Assembly (NCBI GenBank): GCA_037447605.1 | Contig: CM074815.1 | Coordinates: 1,116,001-1,180,000, forward strand | Length of the DNA: 64,000 nucleotides | Direction of reading: 5' to 3' | Source of the DNA: Zygnema circumcarinatum SAG 698-1b | Lineage: Eukaryota; Plantae; Zygnematophyceae | Shown: piece by piece, positions 11,813 to 27,421 of the stretch | Position numbering within the stretch: position 1 is the stretch's first letter | How the letters are laid out: each line of letters starts with the position of its first letter | The notes under the pieces: generated by a model | What the model saw: only the letters and a program-made list of their open reading frames with translations | Database searches by the model: none | Told to the model about the DNA's origin: nothing | Made by a program: the position numbers and the translations under genes

Positions 11813-13143
11813 GGTGTGGCGGTCTTTGTTATGGATTGATCATATGATGCATACCATCCCTGGAAACACTGTAGAGAAGAAAAATACTATGACTTGGTTC
11901 GAGCGGTCAAGAAACATCATGGCAGAACCTGAGACCGACAGGCATACGCATACATGTATCGCAATGATAGGCCAGTGCGTTAAATTTCCCTTTGGACAGT
12001 ATGTGAATTTTGGATCTGGTGGGCCGCTGGGTTGGGTGAGCTATGCTGCAACGGCATCCGTTTTTGGGGTGTCGAACATGGTGTAAGCAAAACTATTTGG
12101 GAGAGCCAGAGGGCATTGCAAGGTAGCTGGGAAATAGGGAGGCAAAAAATGGCGAATGTTCTGTCGTTGTGTACACTTTTGTAAATGGCAGAAAATGTAA
12201 CATAAGCGTGTCTCGTGTTGCTCGGATGTTGACGTGTATTGATCACCTTAATACGTCTGTTTCAAGATTGATGTATTATTCCTGTTGGATGGCTTGAATG
12301 CTGGGGACTGGTTAGCAAGCATAGCCAGATAACCCTAATTTTCAGTTGTTCAGCGCTTCATCCCAGACGAGGAATCTTGAAGTTTACTTGATAGCAAGCT
12401 ATGTAAAGCGTATGCACAGTTGTTGCCACCATGGCCTCAGCCTCCTAACCCTCTGACTGTGAGACAGAAGATCTGTTTGCAAGAAATCCTAACCAGCTGC
12501 TCTTGGACGAATGTTGAAGAATACGACATCCTGAAATTGCAGATTTACAGGACGACACTGTACATTGTCTTTCAATTGTTTCTTTCAATCACTTTCAAAC
12601 ACCAATTGTGATATTGTTCACCCTTTGTCAGTAGTTTCATCAAAGAACTTGCAAAACAAAGAACCCTCATTGACCTGAAAACAATGGCGATGTGCATTAT
12701 TGGTGACTATGTAGCGCAGCAAAAAATCCAACAACGCTCTTGTTCAGGTCCACAGACTCCACCCCCTCCAGCCTCTAGGACCGCCGCCCCCTAATGTCCC
12801 CTAGGAACCCTTCCCTGCACCAATCAGAAGCCGATTTGCCGCACGCGGATCCAAAAAGGGCTCCCGCGCACCGCATTTTGCACTGTATCGAGTTCGACTC
12901 CAGTTTCGCCTTGTTTGCCGTTCTAACAGGAAAGCTGCGAGCCGCAGCTATTTGAAAGAACGAGTACAGCGCTCTCTATCATGTCCTTTCGAAGAGCTAA
13001 TACACACCAGTCCATCAGAACGTCCTGCGACTTAAGAAAGCGCTTCTCCTGAGATCCACCAGAATACATTTAAAGAACCCTTTTCACTAGAAAGGGCACA
13101 AAAGAAAAGGCTACTGCTCCTCTGTCCCCCGCACACTCTTTCG

Positions 13144-13179
<36 letters not shown>

Positions 13180-13326
13180 TCCCTATCCAAGGAAGGACAT
13201 GTGCCGAAAACAAGCTAGAAACCTAACTGAAATCACACGTGACCTGTAAGCAGACGCGTGTAGCAAGCACACGCTTGCAGCAGTCTAAGATCCATGGGCG
13301 GCTTAACATGAAATTGAGCCGCCACT

Positions 13327-16073
13327 TCATGCTTCATGGTGTGGATAGGCCCGGAGTCTCGTGGACATTCCGAAGCCTGCAGATTATAGCCACAATTATT
13401 TAGTCAGAATTTCGGATTGATTTCAATCATCCAGTCGATGCTAAGTCTGTGAGAAAGACAGACAAATGCATTCGTCCCCTCAAAAAAGAAAAGACTCGCT
13501 TTTCCATCTTGTAAGGAGAGAGTTTCAGTTTTGAGAAACTTACAATTTGATGTAATCAGCACTAGTGAGTTGAAAAAGTTGGTCAGAGGATTCCCATCCT
13601 TTAGCTGCTCCACCTGGTCTGGCGAGACTCTGCTACTCTCAACGCCACCTGATTTCTCTGCTTCCCTTGAATCCTCGGCTGACTTTTTTGTATCGACCTC
13701 CTCAGTATTGTTCAACTTCTCCTGGTTCACACCATTTGCAAGCAGGTCACCTCCACCAGAAAGCTCCACCGGCGAAGTATCTGCCATACCAATGTATCCC
13801 CTATAAAAAAGGTAGACCAACTCACAGTTTTTTATTTTCTTTTTAAGTTTGATGTATTCTAGGTTATTGATGTTCCCTCTTCCTTGTCCTCATTGACACA
13901 AACCATGCTGCTGCTTGTGAACAAATTTGCAGCTCTTTTCTTTTGTTCTTCAACTTCAGATGCCATACTCTCGTGGCAATTCCTAGGTCAAGTTTTCCTT
14001 TATTCCACATTCCTGTAATATTAATATGCTGTATTGGAAAGCTATCAACTAGTGAGCTTCAATCAATTCATCAAACCCGTCTAAACCAGCAATTTCACTA
14101 TTGCTTTCACTGTCCGAGTCGTTCCTACCCGTGCTTTTTTGCATGAATTTCGACCATCCCTTCTACCAGACTGTCTCCCCAAGCTTACCTTTATCTGTGG
14201 TCTCCATTTTGCCATTCAGTTGTACCGTTTCTGCATTCAGTGCTACTTCTTCAACAGCAGCTCCCATATCAACTGCGGCGATTAACGGAAGCCCTTCCAG
14301 AGCATTGCCATCATTTGCCTCTTCTGCAAGCCCTTCAACTGGTTTCAAATCGCTGTTAGCTTGGACACAATCTGCTCCTTCATCCAGCCTTTCCTCAACA
14401 AGGCTTTCAGCTTCTTTGACTTCTGAAGAATTATCCGGCTCTACACCTCCAGCTTCTCTCAGAAACTGCATTTCTGAAGCATGGATTTTTTCTACAGCCC
14501 CATTCTCAACGACAACCTCCTCCAGCTCCTTCTCATTGACTCCATTTTCTGTGTTTTCTGGAATCTTCGTTTCAACTGTAATGGGCTCGTCCGCAGCTTC
14601 TTTCGTGATTTCTGATTCCATTTCTTCCACTACCATTGGAACACTCACGCCTGCTTGAGCCATGTTGTGTTCAGTATCTGCCACTGGTGGCAAAGCCACT
14701 TCTCCCTCCACGCTCTCTGTTGTAGAGGGCTCAGTTACAACTGATTCTTGCTCAACGAGCTGCAGTTTCTTATCAAGCACTTTGTCAGCCACTTCATCCT
14801 TAGACACGTCCTCTTCTGCCTCCATCTTTTGGTCCTCTACCGCAAGTTCCGGCCCTAACGACAATACTACCTTTTCAGGAATTGTTGGCGGAGTCTCAAC
14901 CACTTCAGCTGACTGTTGTTCATCGTTCTTGGCAGGACTCTCTACCATAGTATTCTTTACAGCATCTGTTGTGGCTCCATCTCCATCCTCTGAAGAGCTT
15001 TCCCCCTCCGCCCCCTCATCTTCCGCCTTCAAAGGATCGTGCGGTTCGTCGTCAGTCTTGGACTTTTTCTTATTCTTCTTCTTCTTCTTCTTCTTCTTTC
15101 TCTTCTTCTTTTTGGCCTCTTCCGAACCATTCTCAACTCCCCCAGCCCCCTCTAACTCGCTCCCCTGCTTTGCTCCTTCATGGATTGCTGTTGCTTCAGG
15201 CTTCATTGTTGTCTCTTTGTGAGTGGCAGGAGCAGTGAATGCCTTCATATCTGTCCCCCCATTTTGATGATTGGAGCTTTCAGTTGAGACTTTTCCCTCC
15301 TCTTCAACGAGAAGGTCCACATCGGCATCGGCTATTGCAACTGCCTCTGCAGCCGCCACCTCCTCCGTGCTCACTTTTGGAACCTCTCCATTCTCCGCCT
15401 TTGGCTTAACCCCGTTTCCCTGTTACAAATACACAAAAGTATCACAGTCAGCACCTATTGCTGTACATATAGTCACTTCGTTACCCCACAGCCCCCATCC
15501 CCCCCTCCCTTCCCCCCTCCCGCCCACCCCAATAAAAAAGACAACTGTAAAGTCAAGGCGAGTCAGCATGTCCAAACAAAAGTCAAAGTGAACCACACCC
15601 ACACCCACTCTCACGCATATTCTCACTCACATACACTCTTCAACGAAAAAAAGCGAGAACGCTTCTCCACCTTAAAACAAGCACTGCAGGAAGCCCTTAC
15701 GCTCCTTTCTATTGCAGGTTCAACTGTGTCCTTCCTCCCTGCCACTGCATTGAAAGGCGTAGCTCTGTGTTTCTATGCATGCAGATTAAGGGGGATAGGG
15801 AGAGAGAGAGAGAGCGAGAGAGAGAGAGAGAAAAAGTACCTTGGCAGACGGAGAAACGTTCTTCGCTTTGTTCAATGAAGCATCTGACTGTGAGTGAGAG
15901 TGTGCGTGAGAGTGCGAATGTGGGTGCGCGTGTGGGTGCGAGTTTGGCTGTGAGTGTGGGGGAGAGTAAGAGTGCGAGGTGCCCGCTGAGTGCTCCGCCT
16001 CCTTGTGGCCTCCCTTTCCTGACGAAGGTTTCCCCCTCGCTGATTCAGAGCTGCGTCTCCTCCCTGCAGCCAT
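13327..16073 (-). CDS. Large acidic, predicted intrinsically disordered protein of unknown function (~607 aa); exons 15840-16073, 15701-15772, 14189-15419, 13544-13780, 13327-13376
   Basis: A 403-aa Glu-rich ORF forms the core, and the phase-compatible chain totals 1824 nt. Features are a His/Ser tract (HPHAHPHSHSHAHSHS) and a poly-Lys tract (KKKKRKKKKKKKKNKKKSK). No recognisable domain; the last two exon boundaries are less certain. Confidence 0.6.
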
Positions 16074-16539
16074 TGCATTCCGTTTCTTCTCACCTGCACC
16101 CCACAGCAATAAGAAAAACGTAAGACCAATAAGTGATTCAAACTGAGAAAAGGGAAAAGGGAAAAACGTGACTGGTTCAAAACCTCGCATCCTGGCACTG
16201 CAATGCAAAAAATCGCCCTCAACTGGGGACTCCCCGCCTCACGTCTTGACCTCATCGATGTATAGGGAATTGGACTCAAATCGACTGACTGTCCAGTCAT
16301 CCACCAGTGACCAGTTGGACCAATTTTGACTCGTCTTCTCTATATGCTCGTGCAGTTGCGTTAGAACGCAAGGCAAGGAGTAAAACTGTCCATCAAATGG
16401 CACTCGAGAGAAATGTTCAATGCAGCTGAACCGACCAGAACTGCTGTTTGAACGAATGGATTAGCCACGGGCCGGAACAAAAAATGCCAACTTTGTGACA
16501 GGAAGCAGAGCAATCCCACACTTCATGTAGATGAGAAAC

Positions 16540-17175
16540 AAACCCCTCCACCACTCCCTCTCTACTCCCACTCCTTACCTCTCTCCCACTCCTCCTCGTT
16601 CCCTCCTACCCTGCCTCCCTCCCTCCCACCCTCCTCTCCATTCCCTCTCCTCAATCCTCTACCACTTAGCCCCCTTCTCCCACATTTCCAGTCCCTCTCA
16701 CATCACCCTCTTACCCCCACCCTCCTGTACCTCACCAAACTTATACCCACCGTCGAGACTTCTCCCTTCCCACCTTCAACCTTTTGTCTACCCCATGTTC
16801 TCCCTTCGCCTCTCCCATCCCTCACCTACCCCCCTCTGTCCTCACTTCCATCCGCTCTCTCTATCTACCCCATCCCAATTACCCCCACATTTCCCTCCAC
16901 AACCCCAAGTTCTCCACCTTTTCCTTCCACCCCATTCTCTACACCTCTCCTACTTCGGTCCCCTTCCCTCCCTCCATCCCCTCCCCTCCCTCACCTCCCT
17001 CCCTCCTTCCCATCCTCACCATCTCCTACTTCCCGTCACCCTTGAGCCTCCTCCCACCTCCCAATAGACCTCTACCTCCCTTGTCTTCCCCCTCTCCCTC
17101 CCGCCACCTCTCCCTTCCCCGTCCCACACACCCTCCACTGCCCATACCCCCTCCTCTCCCAACAGAGACTCTCAC
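16540..17175. repeat. ~630-bp imperfect polypyrimidine (C/T) tract
   Basis: The + strand is strongly C/T-rich and G-poor throughout. Confidence 0.85.
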
Positions 17176-17456
17176 ACCCAAAATTCAACAGCCCCGCGCA
17201 GTTGCAAACCAACCAGCTAGGCTCAATCACGAAACGTCACGCGTCCCCTGCAGCTGTCACGCCGCCATGGCCACGGCCCCTCTGCCCTCCTCTCCCTCCC
17301 CCTCCCCGTCCCCGTCCCCGTCCCCGTCCCCCCACTCGCCCAATGGAGCGAACTTGTTCGCCAAACCACGAACTTTTATCGAACTTTTCAAATGTTTTTA
17401 CGGACATTTTGACCCTCCGTCCAAGTAAGCGCGTCCTTTACGGGCAGGAAACGTTT

Positions 17457-18046
17457 GTCGGCGCTGCCCTCCGCACGTGCGGCCCCCCGAGGGCGCTCTG
17501 TCCAGAGTCGTGCGCCCTCTGCGCCTGACGGCTCCGCTCGGGCCGGCACGTGTCAGCGCAATATCGAGCGGCAGATCGGACCGTCCAAACTGTGAATCGG
17601 ACGGTTGGAAGGCCTCCCTGAATCCGCGCTGGCAGCAGATAAGGCAGGGTTTATGTCGGCGCCCGCCCTCCGCCCGCCTCGTCCGACGTGTCAGTGCCAC
17701 GTGGTAGCAGGCCCTGACACGCGGCACGTTCAAGCAGCAGAAATCCACGTGGCATGCGGATATTGGCTGATGCCCGACGGGCAGATTGATGGAACGAGCG
17801 GACTTCTAGAGGCTAAAGAGAAGAATTTAAACTTGAAAAAAAAAAGGCCTTTCAAAATTTTACCGGTTTGAGGCAATGATAGTCTTGAAAAATGGGAGAA
17901 ATCTCAAAAATTCTCAGTTAAATGATTAAAAATTTCGAGAAATTCAATTGACGTGGCAGCGAAGGCAGATCGGAGTCGCCTATTGCGAAAAGTCAAATCA
18001 ACCGCATCCAATAGAAATATGCCATGTAGGATATATTTAACACGTG
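17457..18046. promoter_or_regulatory. Third ABRE/G-box plus CRT/DRE cluster
   Basis: GTCGGC at 17457; CACGTG at 17474, 17547, 17698, 17746 and 18041; ATGTCGGC (reverse GCCGACAT) at 17653; GACGTGTC at 17685; GACACGCG at 17716; TGACGTGGC at 17949. Confidence 0.5.
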
Positions 18047-18727
18047 GAAAATAACCATTGGTGGACGATCGATTCTAAGCTTGAAATGCACGCCGCGTGT
18101 ACGAACGATGTCGGTGGATCGCATAGAAACGCAGGAACCGTGATGCTCCACAGCACTGCAACTGGCGTCAGTCACATGTGCGTGACAGGACAGGCGACGC
18201 TTCTGTCTCCATTAGCTCCAGTTAGCGTGATTTCGCGACATACGGCGCAACAGTCACGGGCAGTCGCAGCGGTTTCTATGTGCGGACGGAACAGGTCCCG
18301 CCGAGCACATACAACCGTAGCATTCACAAGGGAGGAAGAAACGAACGTGTCGGAGTTTCGGATTTCCATTGCGGTCACAAAAATTTGTTTGAAGATGGGA
18401 TGTGCCAATCCTTCAGCTTCACAGTCTTGCCCTCCACAGCAGCGACGAGTCATCAACCAAAGCGCAGAATACATGCCTTATAAATTATTCCCCAAAGCAA
18501 CATGTTTTACAAGGAGGACAATGTTCTATGGAATTGCTCCCATTTGTCCCCTCATGGCAGTAACTATCAATCTTCCTACCACTAAAGAGGAGCAAGACGC
18601 TGCCTCTAACGTGCTACGACTTGTTCCAACAACAGCCTCCCCTCCTTGCCACCTCGACCTCTACTGTTACAAGCGTTCCATGCGGCCGTTCAATTTGACC
18701 ACCACAGTTTTACAACTGCTTCCGAAA

Positions 18728-21402
<2,675 letters not shown>

Positions 21403-23070
21403 GGCGGGTGGTTGGGTGGGCGGCTCTTCACAGAGGGGAGAGCGGAGGACGGAGGGAGGTAGGGAGGCAGCGAGGCGGAAGGAGGCGGGCCTTCCTCTCT
21501 CCCTCCCCCCCCCCGCGCCCTCTTATCCGCCGCCGGCCGCAAGTCTCGCGGCGCGCAGTGCCCGCGCCGTGCCACGCAACGCAGGGGAGCTCCGCCGTCG
21601 CGGGAGCCAATCAGATCGTGACACACGTCCCGCCAAAAGAGAAATACCGACAGCTCTGTCCGGACGTCGCCGACCACGGATCGGATCGGTTACGGTCGGT
21701 TCTGTCGAACCGTTGGGATGGGGCCGTACGGTATTGTCCGATCTGGACCGGATTTGCGGGGAGGGCGAAACGTGGCATCCCGGTTATTCAGGAGGCGCCA
21801 CGTGGCGGAGGCGAAGCGGGTCGGGGGGCGGGCGAGCGCGCCGGCGGCCTCGTAACGGTACCGGGCGGGAGCTGACGCCGGGCGACTGACGACGAGGCGT
21901 CGCACGGCCTGCGATTGAGCGTGCGACTCGTGCGACGGCATGCGATGACGTGCAGCGATCGTTGGAAGCTTCCTGCGGCGTCAAACTTTTGGCGTTCAAC
22001 GGAAGTTGGCGAGAAGGCGCGCACTCTCGTTAGACGTGTTAGCGCTAGTTTTTAGGCCAAAAAAGGTGTGTATCTAGACAAAAGGGTGTGTAAGTAGCAT
22101 TTTCCTACTACTACTACTGATAATACTATTAAATATGTTAATGTGTAGTCTGTTCCAATGAGTTCATTGCAGAGTTGAGTTGCGGAGTGTGGCCCTAAAC
22201 GAAGTCGCGCGCGTCGTTGTTTGCTGTGTTGGCGCGGAGGGGTGTCGTCTGCTTGCGGAGGGATGCCGTATTGGATACTTGGCCACTCTTTCGGGGCATT
22301 TTTCTGGACGCTGTTGTGGTTGACTGGTTAGTTTCCAAGCTTGGAGACGAGTTAACCGCATTTCTCTGCATTCCTCAGTTTAACAACAACGAGTAGGCGG
22401 TCTTTGCTAGCGCCTGCTAGTCACACCTGTTTCAGTTTGTTTGGGATCCTTGCACCTGAACTATGACTGCTTTTGTTGCAAACAAGTACGGGTGGGCTGT
22501 TGTGGTTCACGTTGCTCTGGAGGGCTTCCAGAACCCACGGAAGCACACTGGATCCGTTTATAAACCCTAGCGGCCTCGGGATTGGCTTGCAGTGGTCGCT
22601 GATGTCTTCCCTGTCAAGCATTGTAGGGAGGATAGGCCCTTCCATTTTTCTTGAGTCTAGTAACAGGGCTACAATGAAGATTCATAGAATCTCAATAGAC
22701 TAGACTAGCTTTTTGTTCTTGTTTTTGTCTTTACTTCGTTTTTTTTTTCTTTTTTTTTTCAAATCCAATCTATGAATAACGTATGTTTCTCTTGATATTA
22801 TTGCCACCATTGAAACGTCCACCCAGGCATACGAAACACATTTGGAACTTTAAAACGGGATTCACAAGTCATGGCATCTGAGTTATCGAAAGACACTTCG
22901 AAAAAACGACCTCAGCGAGGCGCCACGGCAGCTCTGCAAGCCGCTCCGGCTGGGTGCCAACGGCCAAGTGGTGTGAAATTCACACAACCTGAATTGAACG
23001 GCAATTGAATTGAACACTACATCACAGGCCACGCAAGGCCCTGCAGGCTCTCAACTCTTTAAACTCCCCC

Positions 23071-26000
23071 TCACTTCAGCAGAGACTTGATGATTTGGCG
23101 GACATTCAGCTTCTTGAGATCAGTATAGGTCTGCCCGCACCCTACAAACATGACGGGTGCTCCGGATATGTACACCATGGACAGTGCCGCTCCCACCTGT
23201 ATCGTCAGCAGGAAGCAGATTTCAGTCAGAATAAGTAGAGGGAAAGAATGGAGTTCATTTCAACGCCCCCCTGCTGGCTCAGCTTCTGAAGCATAAAGTG
23301 ACTTTGAGTGGATCAGTTAGAGTTGGCTGACCTTATCATCAATTGTGTCAAACTTGGTGAGCAGGATGCCGTCAATAGCCTGCAGCTGCTGAGAGGTGGA
23401 GAGGTCCGCCAGTCGCTGATTGAACTTAGTCAGCTGGTCGACCGCATCGTTGCCGACAAGAGCCTCTCCCACAAAGAGGCACTGCACATTGCAAAAGCCC
23501 AACAGCTGCAGTAAGGGAACATGCTTCACGGAAAACAAGACACAGATGCTAACAAGAATACGCAAATGCATGCCGAAGAAGTGAGCTTGGCAGTCACTGC
23601 TCAGACAGATTAGAAGCTCCTCTTACTATCTTGCAGTAGTCTTGGGAGAGTAAAGGAACTTGGGAGATATGGGCTCACCAAGTCAGGATTATTCAACGTT
23701 ATGAGCTTTGACAGAGCGCGCATGAGTGGTTCATTATCCTGCAAGTATGCAACATCCCGCGGTAAGTCAAGAGGGTAAAAAACAGGATTCCAACCGGTCC
23801 TAATGCAATCTCTTTTCTAACCGATCAACGTCTCCTCCTCTGCAACATCCTGCTTGCAACGACAACAGAAGTGAAATCCTAGACCCGCCTTCCATGCATT
23901 CCTGAATGCCATTTTGAACGTAAGTCTAAATCCGTTCTCCTACCGTTGTTTCTGTTGATTCTCTCTTTCTAATGCGTATTCCAGAAACATATCACCTTCA
24001 TAGAAAACAGGGCAAGCTAACGAAGAAAACTGAGAACACACGTTTGCGACCATAGCCAGATTAGCCACTACCCGAGTAAGAAACCGTAAGACAAGAAATA
24101 ATTCGAGACCAACCAGACAGCAGAGACTCAACACTCTTTTGACTCTGCAACAGTCGGCCAAATTTCAGAGTGCCATACTTCACTTTCGACAGGGCAGCCT
24201 CCTAACAAAAGATTCCCAGTAAATCAAGTTGCAGCTTGACCGACCTGCATACGGCCGGCAGTGTCCACAAGGACAGCTTCAACGCGCTGTCGACATGCTT
24301 CCTTGATGGCATCCCTTGCAACAACAGCAGGGTCCTTCTCATATCCGCGCTCAAACAATGGCACCTGCGGCAAAACCTACCAAAGCTTCAACTTCCACAT
24401 GCATAAACAAATACCTCAGTCATCCCTCTATGAAGTCTCCGTTCACCACATTTTACTGTGTTCGACTAGACCGTACAACGCAACCATCTGAAATATAGAA
24501 CCGTAATGACATGGACGGTGCAGCTCTGCCTCATATGTGACTAGAAAAGTTGCGTATCGCAACTTGACATCAGAAATTTTCACACTACGAATGGGTGAAC
24601 ACATGAAAGTAGAAGGCCATGCTTGGATTGTATATGGGAACAGCTGTACGGAAGGGCATACCCCAAGGCGCTTCGAATGCGTGCGGAGCTGCTCCACTGC
24701 TCCCGCACGGAACGTGTCACACGCTGCGAGCATCACCTTCACGTCATGCTGTAGCAGCCAATAGGCGACCTGTGCAGAAACAAGGATTTGATGTGTTCAG
24801 CAACTTGCGATAACATATTGAACGAAAAATTTCGCGAAGTAAAATTTGCAGACAGCAACGTTCGGTTTTCCTTGCTAAGTCACAGCTAACTAAATTTCCT
24901 GCCGTTTGTACTATTGAAAGGCATGCAGGCAGGGAAGAAATAACGCTTGCGCTTGGAGGATCAAAGTTGCATTTTGCCAGAGATAGGTTTTGGACCATTT
25001 CTCTTCCCTGACTTCCTTGCATGCCTTGCTGCCTTTATATAGGCTCCGTTTTCAGAGGTCATGGGATCTTCCATAAAAAACCAGTTATTTTTAGCGATAG
25101 ATGGTACTAAGAGTAATTCACTGTTACAAAAGCTTGCTACAGCGAACACTTGCATTCATTTACTAGTAGGATAGTCTCTCTGATAAACACAGGAAATCGG
25201 ACTTCCAAGACTCGAAGGTTCATTCTATCTGGTTCAATATCTGGTTCTGGTTTATCCCAATATTTTTTGTAAATGGATGCTGCTCTCTAGAAGTGCAGGC
25301 CATTGCCAATGCAACCCCCTGCATTCGTTGGGTTTATACATACTAGCAATAGTTACATCCAAGTCAATCTGTGACTCAGATATAGACAGCGCTCACAGGA
25401 AGGTGCAGCGGTCTGTACCTTGGCTAAATTAGTTGACTTTCCTACTCCGTTTACACCCACGAATACAATTACATATGGACGTCCTTGCTCCTTTGCGGCA
25501 TGGACATCGCGTAAAATATCCACAGACCGTTTTGGAGTAAGAATGCGCAACAATGCCTCCTCCATAGCAACCTGATTATCACAACCCAGTTGACGATTAA
25601 CATGGGTTAGAAAAGCCTTTTCGAGAATAAGGAAAGAAAAAAAAGCATCCTTTGCTGCATACGTTGAGGCCCTTAGTTCCGATCGTCCAAAAGCTGACTG
25701 GACGACATTCTACCCGACATGAATGATATTCTTGAACAATAAACAGATTGATCCTTCTCCATGTATCAAAGAAAGACAGGGGAGCGGATTGCACCTGTAC
25801 AATAGAAGAGATACGAGTGAAAGAGGCCTGCTTTCGACCTTCGAGGCTGGCCGCAACAGATTCACAGAGCTTGTTCGCGATCTCCTCAGCCTGCCAGCAC
25901 AGATGAATAGATCTTCCACACCACCTTAATCCTTAATGCACCACCCAAGAAAGTTTTTTGCAAGAACGGAATTTGCTTGAAAAACACTCCACCTAATCAT

Positions 26001-27421
26001 TGAAAGTAGAACTTGGACATAGCAGACAAAAACGGTGGCAGTGTAGAACTGCTAACAAGTCCTGGCAGTTTTATGTAGAAACAGTTGAGCCGCAATTCAG
26101 CTGCCAGTCCCTAGAACTTGACTGGAAAGCGAAACCAGCGACACAATTAACAGGCGAGATCGCTTTCCAAACCTTAACAACACCTAACCCAAGTTTCTCA
26201 GACAGTCATCTCACCACATTTTTGCTCATAAAGCGCTCTTTCAGGGCTTTCAACGCCGGCTCAACGTCCGCCTTCTCCAGTGATGCTTTGCCAGCTACGC
26301 TGTAGACAGCCCTCAAATCGGCCGACACCGGAGTCAACAAATAGAAGTACATTAACCAAAGCGATAGTTCTATATCAGTCTGCCCTAAACACAGTCAAAC
26401 GATTCCGAGCTCACCTCTGAAATACAGAAGACAGCCAACTGCTCTTCTTGGAAGCAGCTGCTGCTGCGACACCCTTCCTTGTCTCTCCTTCAGAATCGCT
26501 CATGTCATCCTCATGCTCGCTATCCTCTTCTTCATCTTCATCCACCAAGCTCTTCATGCCTTTCTTAACATCAACGACCTCTACCACCTCCTGCTCATCT
26601 GGATCTGAAAAATCTTGCTTAGTTGACACTTTTCCATCGTTCCAAACTCGATTTTCTTTCGGTTTCTTTTTCCCGTCATCAGCCTTCTTCTTTACTTCCT
26701 CCACTTTATTAGGCTTCCCAATCAATTTCCCTACGTCGGTTGAAGGAGCCTTCCTTCCCTTGTCTCCGCGCTTCTTCAACTTAGATACATCAAAAGCAGT
26801 TCCTCCATTCTCACTGCCATGATTAACGCCATTACCGTTGGCTAAATGGCCGTTAGAAGGAAGTGCAGGAGATGAACTGTAACCGTCGCTGCTACTACCT
26901 CCATCGCCCCCACTCCCATCTCCCTCCCCATCTACCACAGCACTGCTCTTCTTCACTCCATTTTTGACCGGGCCGGTTCCATGTTGCCGCATTACCTGCT
27001 GCCCCTTCTTTGTATCAGAGAAGCTCGTCATCTGCTTCTTCACTTTGAGTTCGTTGGCCCGATTCTCGGCCTCGAGAAGAAGTTGCCGAAAGGTGTCATC
27101 AAACTCCCCATAAGAACACTTTTCCGGCTTGAACGCGAGCGCAAAGGAATGCTTCACAGCGCTGAGGAGCTCTTCCACGTACAGCAGCTGCAAGATCCGC
27201 TGGTACACAGCCACAAAAACGAGTCCTAGCTCGTTGTGGAAGGTCCACTTCAAGGTGTACGCCCCTGCATCCCTCCCATAGTTGAAATGCGTCTCTCCCG
27301 AGCGCTCCTGCAGCAAGCAGGTTTGGATGAGAGCGTGCACGGGGCTCCCCTTCAGCGCCGTCAGCTGAAAAGTCCACAGCACGAGCCCCCCCCGCGTAAA
27401 TATGGCGAAGTGATCGATCAT
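23071..27421 (-). CDS. SRPRA: Signal recognition particle receptor alpha subunit (634 aa); exons 26415-27421, 26215-26299, 25795-25890, 25419-25571, 24662-24769, 24245-24364, 23679-23738, 23332-23481, 23071-23196
   Basis: N-terminal SRX/longin region [16 protein letters not shown]...[21 protein letters not shown]; SRP GTPase motifs [55 protein letters not shown]. The 1905-nt chain is in frame. Confidence 0.97.

Noticed and set aside
12889-12901. B-box-like GAGTTCGACTCC suggesting a tRNA
   Set aside because: No T-stem pairing, no A-box and no cloverleaf.
14052-14165. In-frame open segment after the TAG ending the 403-aa ORF (possible readthrough)
   Set aside because: A strong donor (G|GTAAGC at 14188) precedes the stop and a phase-compatible acceptor exists at 13780, so splicing explains it.
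13404-16300. Multiple Ser/Phe-rich antisense ORFs opposite acidic exons (for example 14101-14658, 14662-15222, also 10912-11592 and 26448-26822)
   Set aside because: Shadow ORFs of Glu/Lys-rich coding strands.
17268-17428. Short ORF MATAPLPSSPSPSPSPSPSP whose start context resembles the EG16 start (CCGCCATGGCCAC)
   Set aside because: Similarity is limited to ~20 nt of Kozak-like GC-rich sequence, and the (SP)n comes from a CCCCGT repeat.
22010-22049. Short hairpin followed by CTAG-T resembling a Helitron 3' end
   Set aside because: The stem is only 5 bp and no 5' TC end or Rep/helicase sequence was found.
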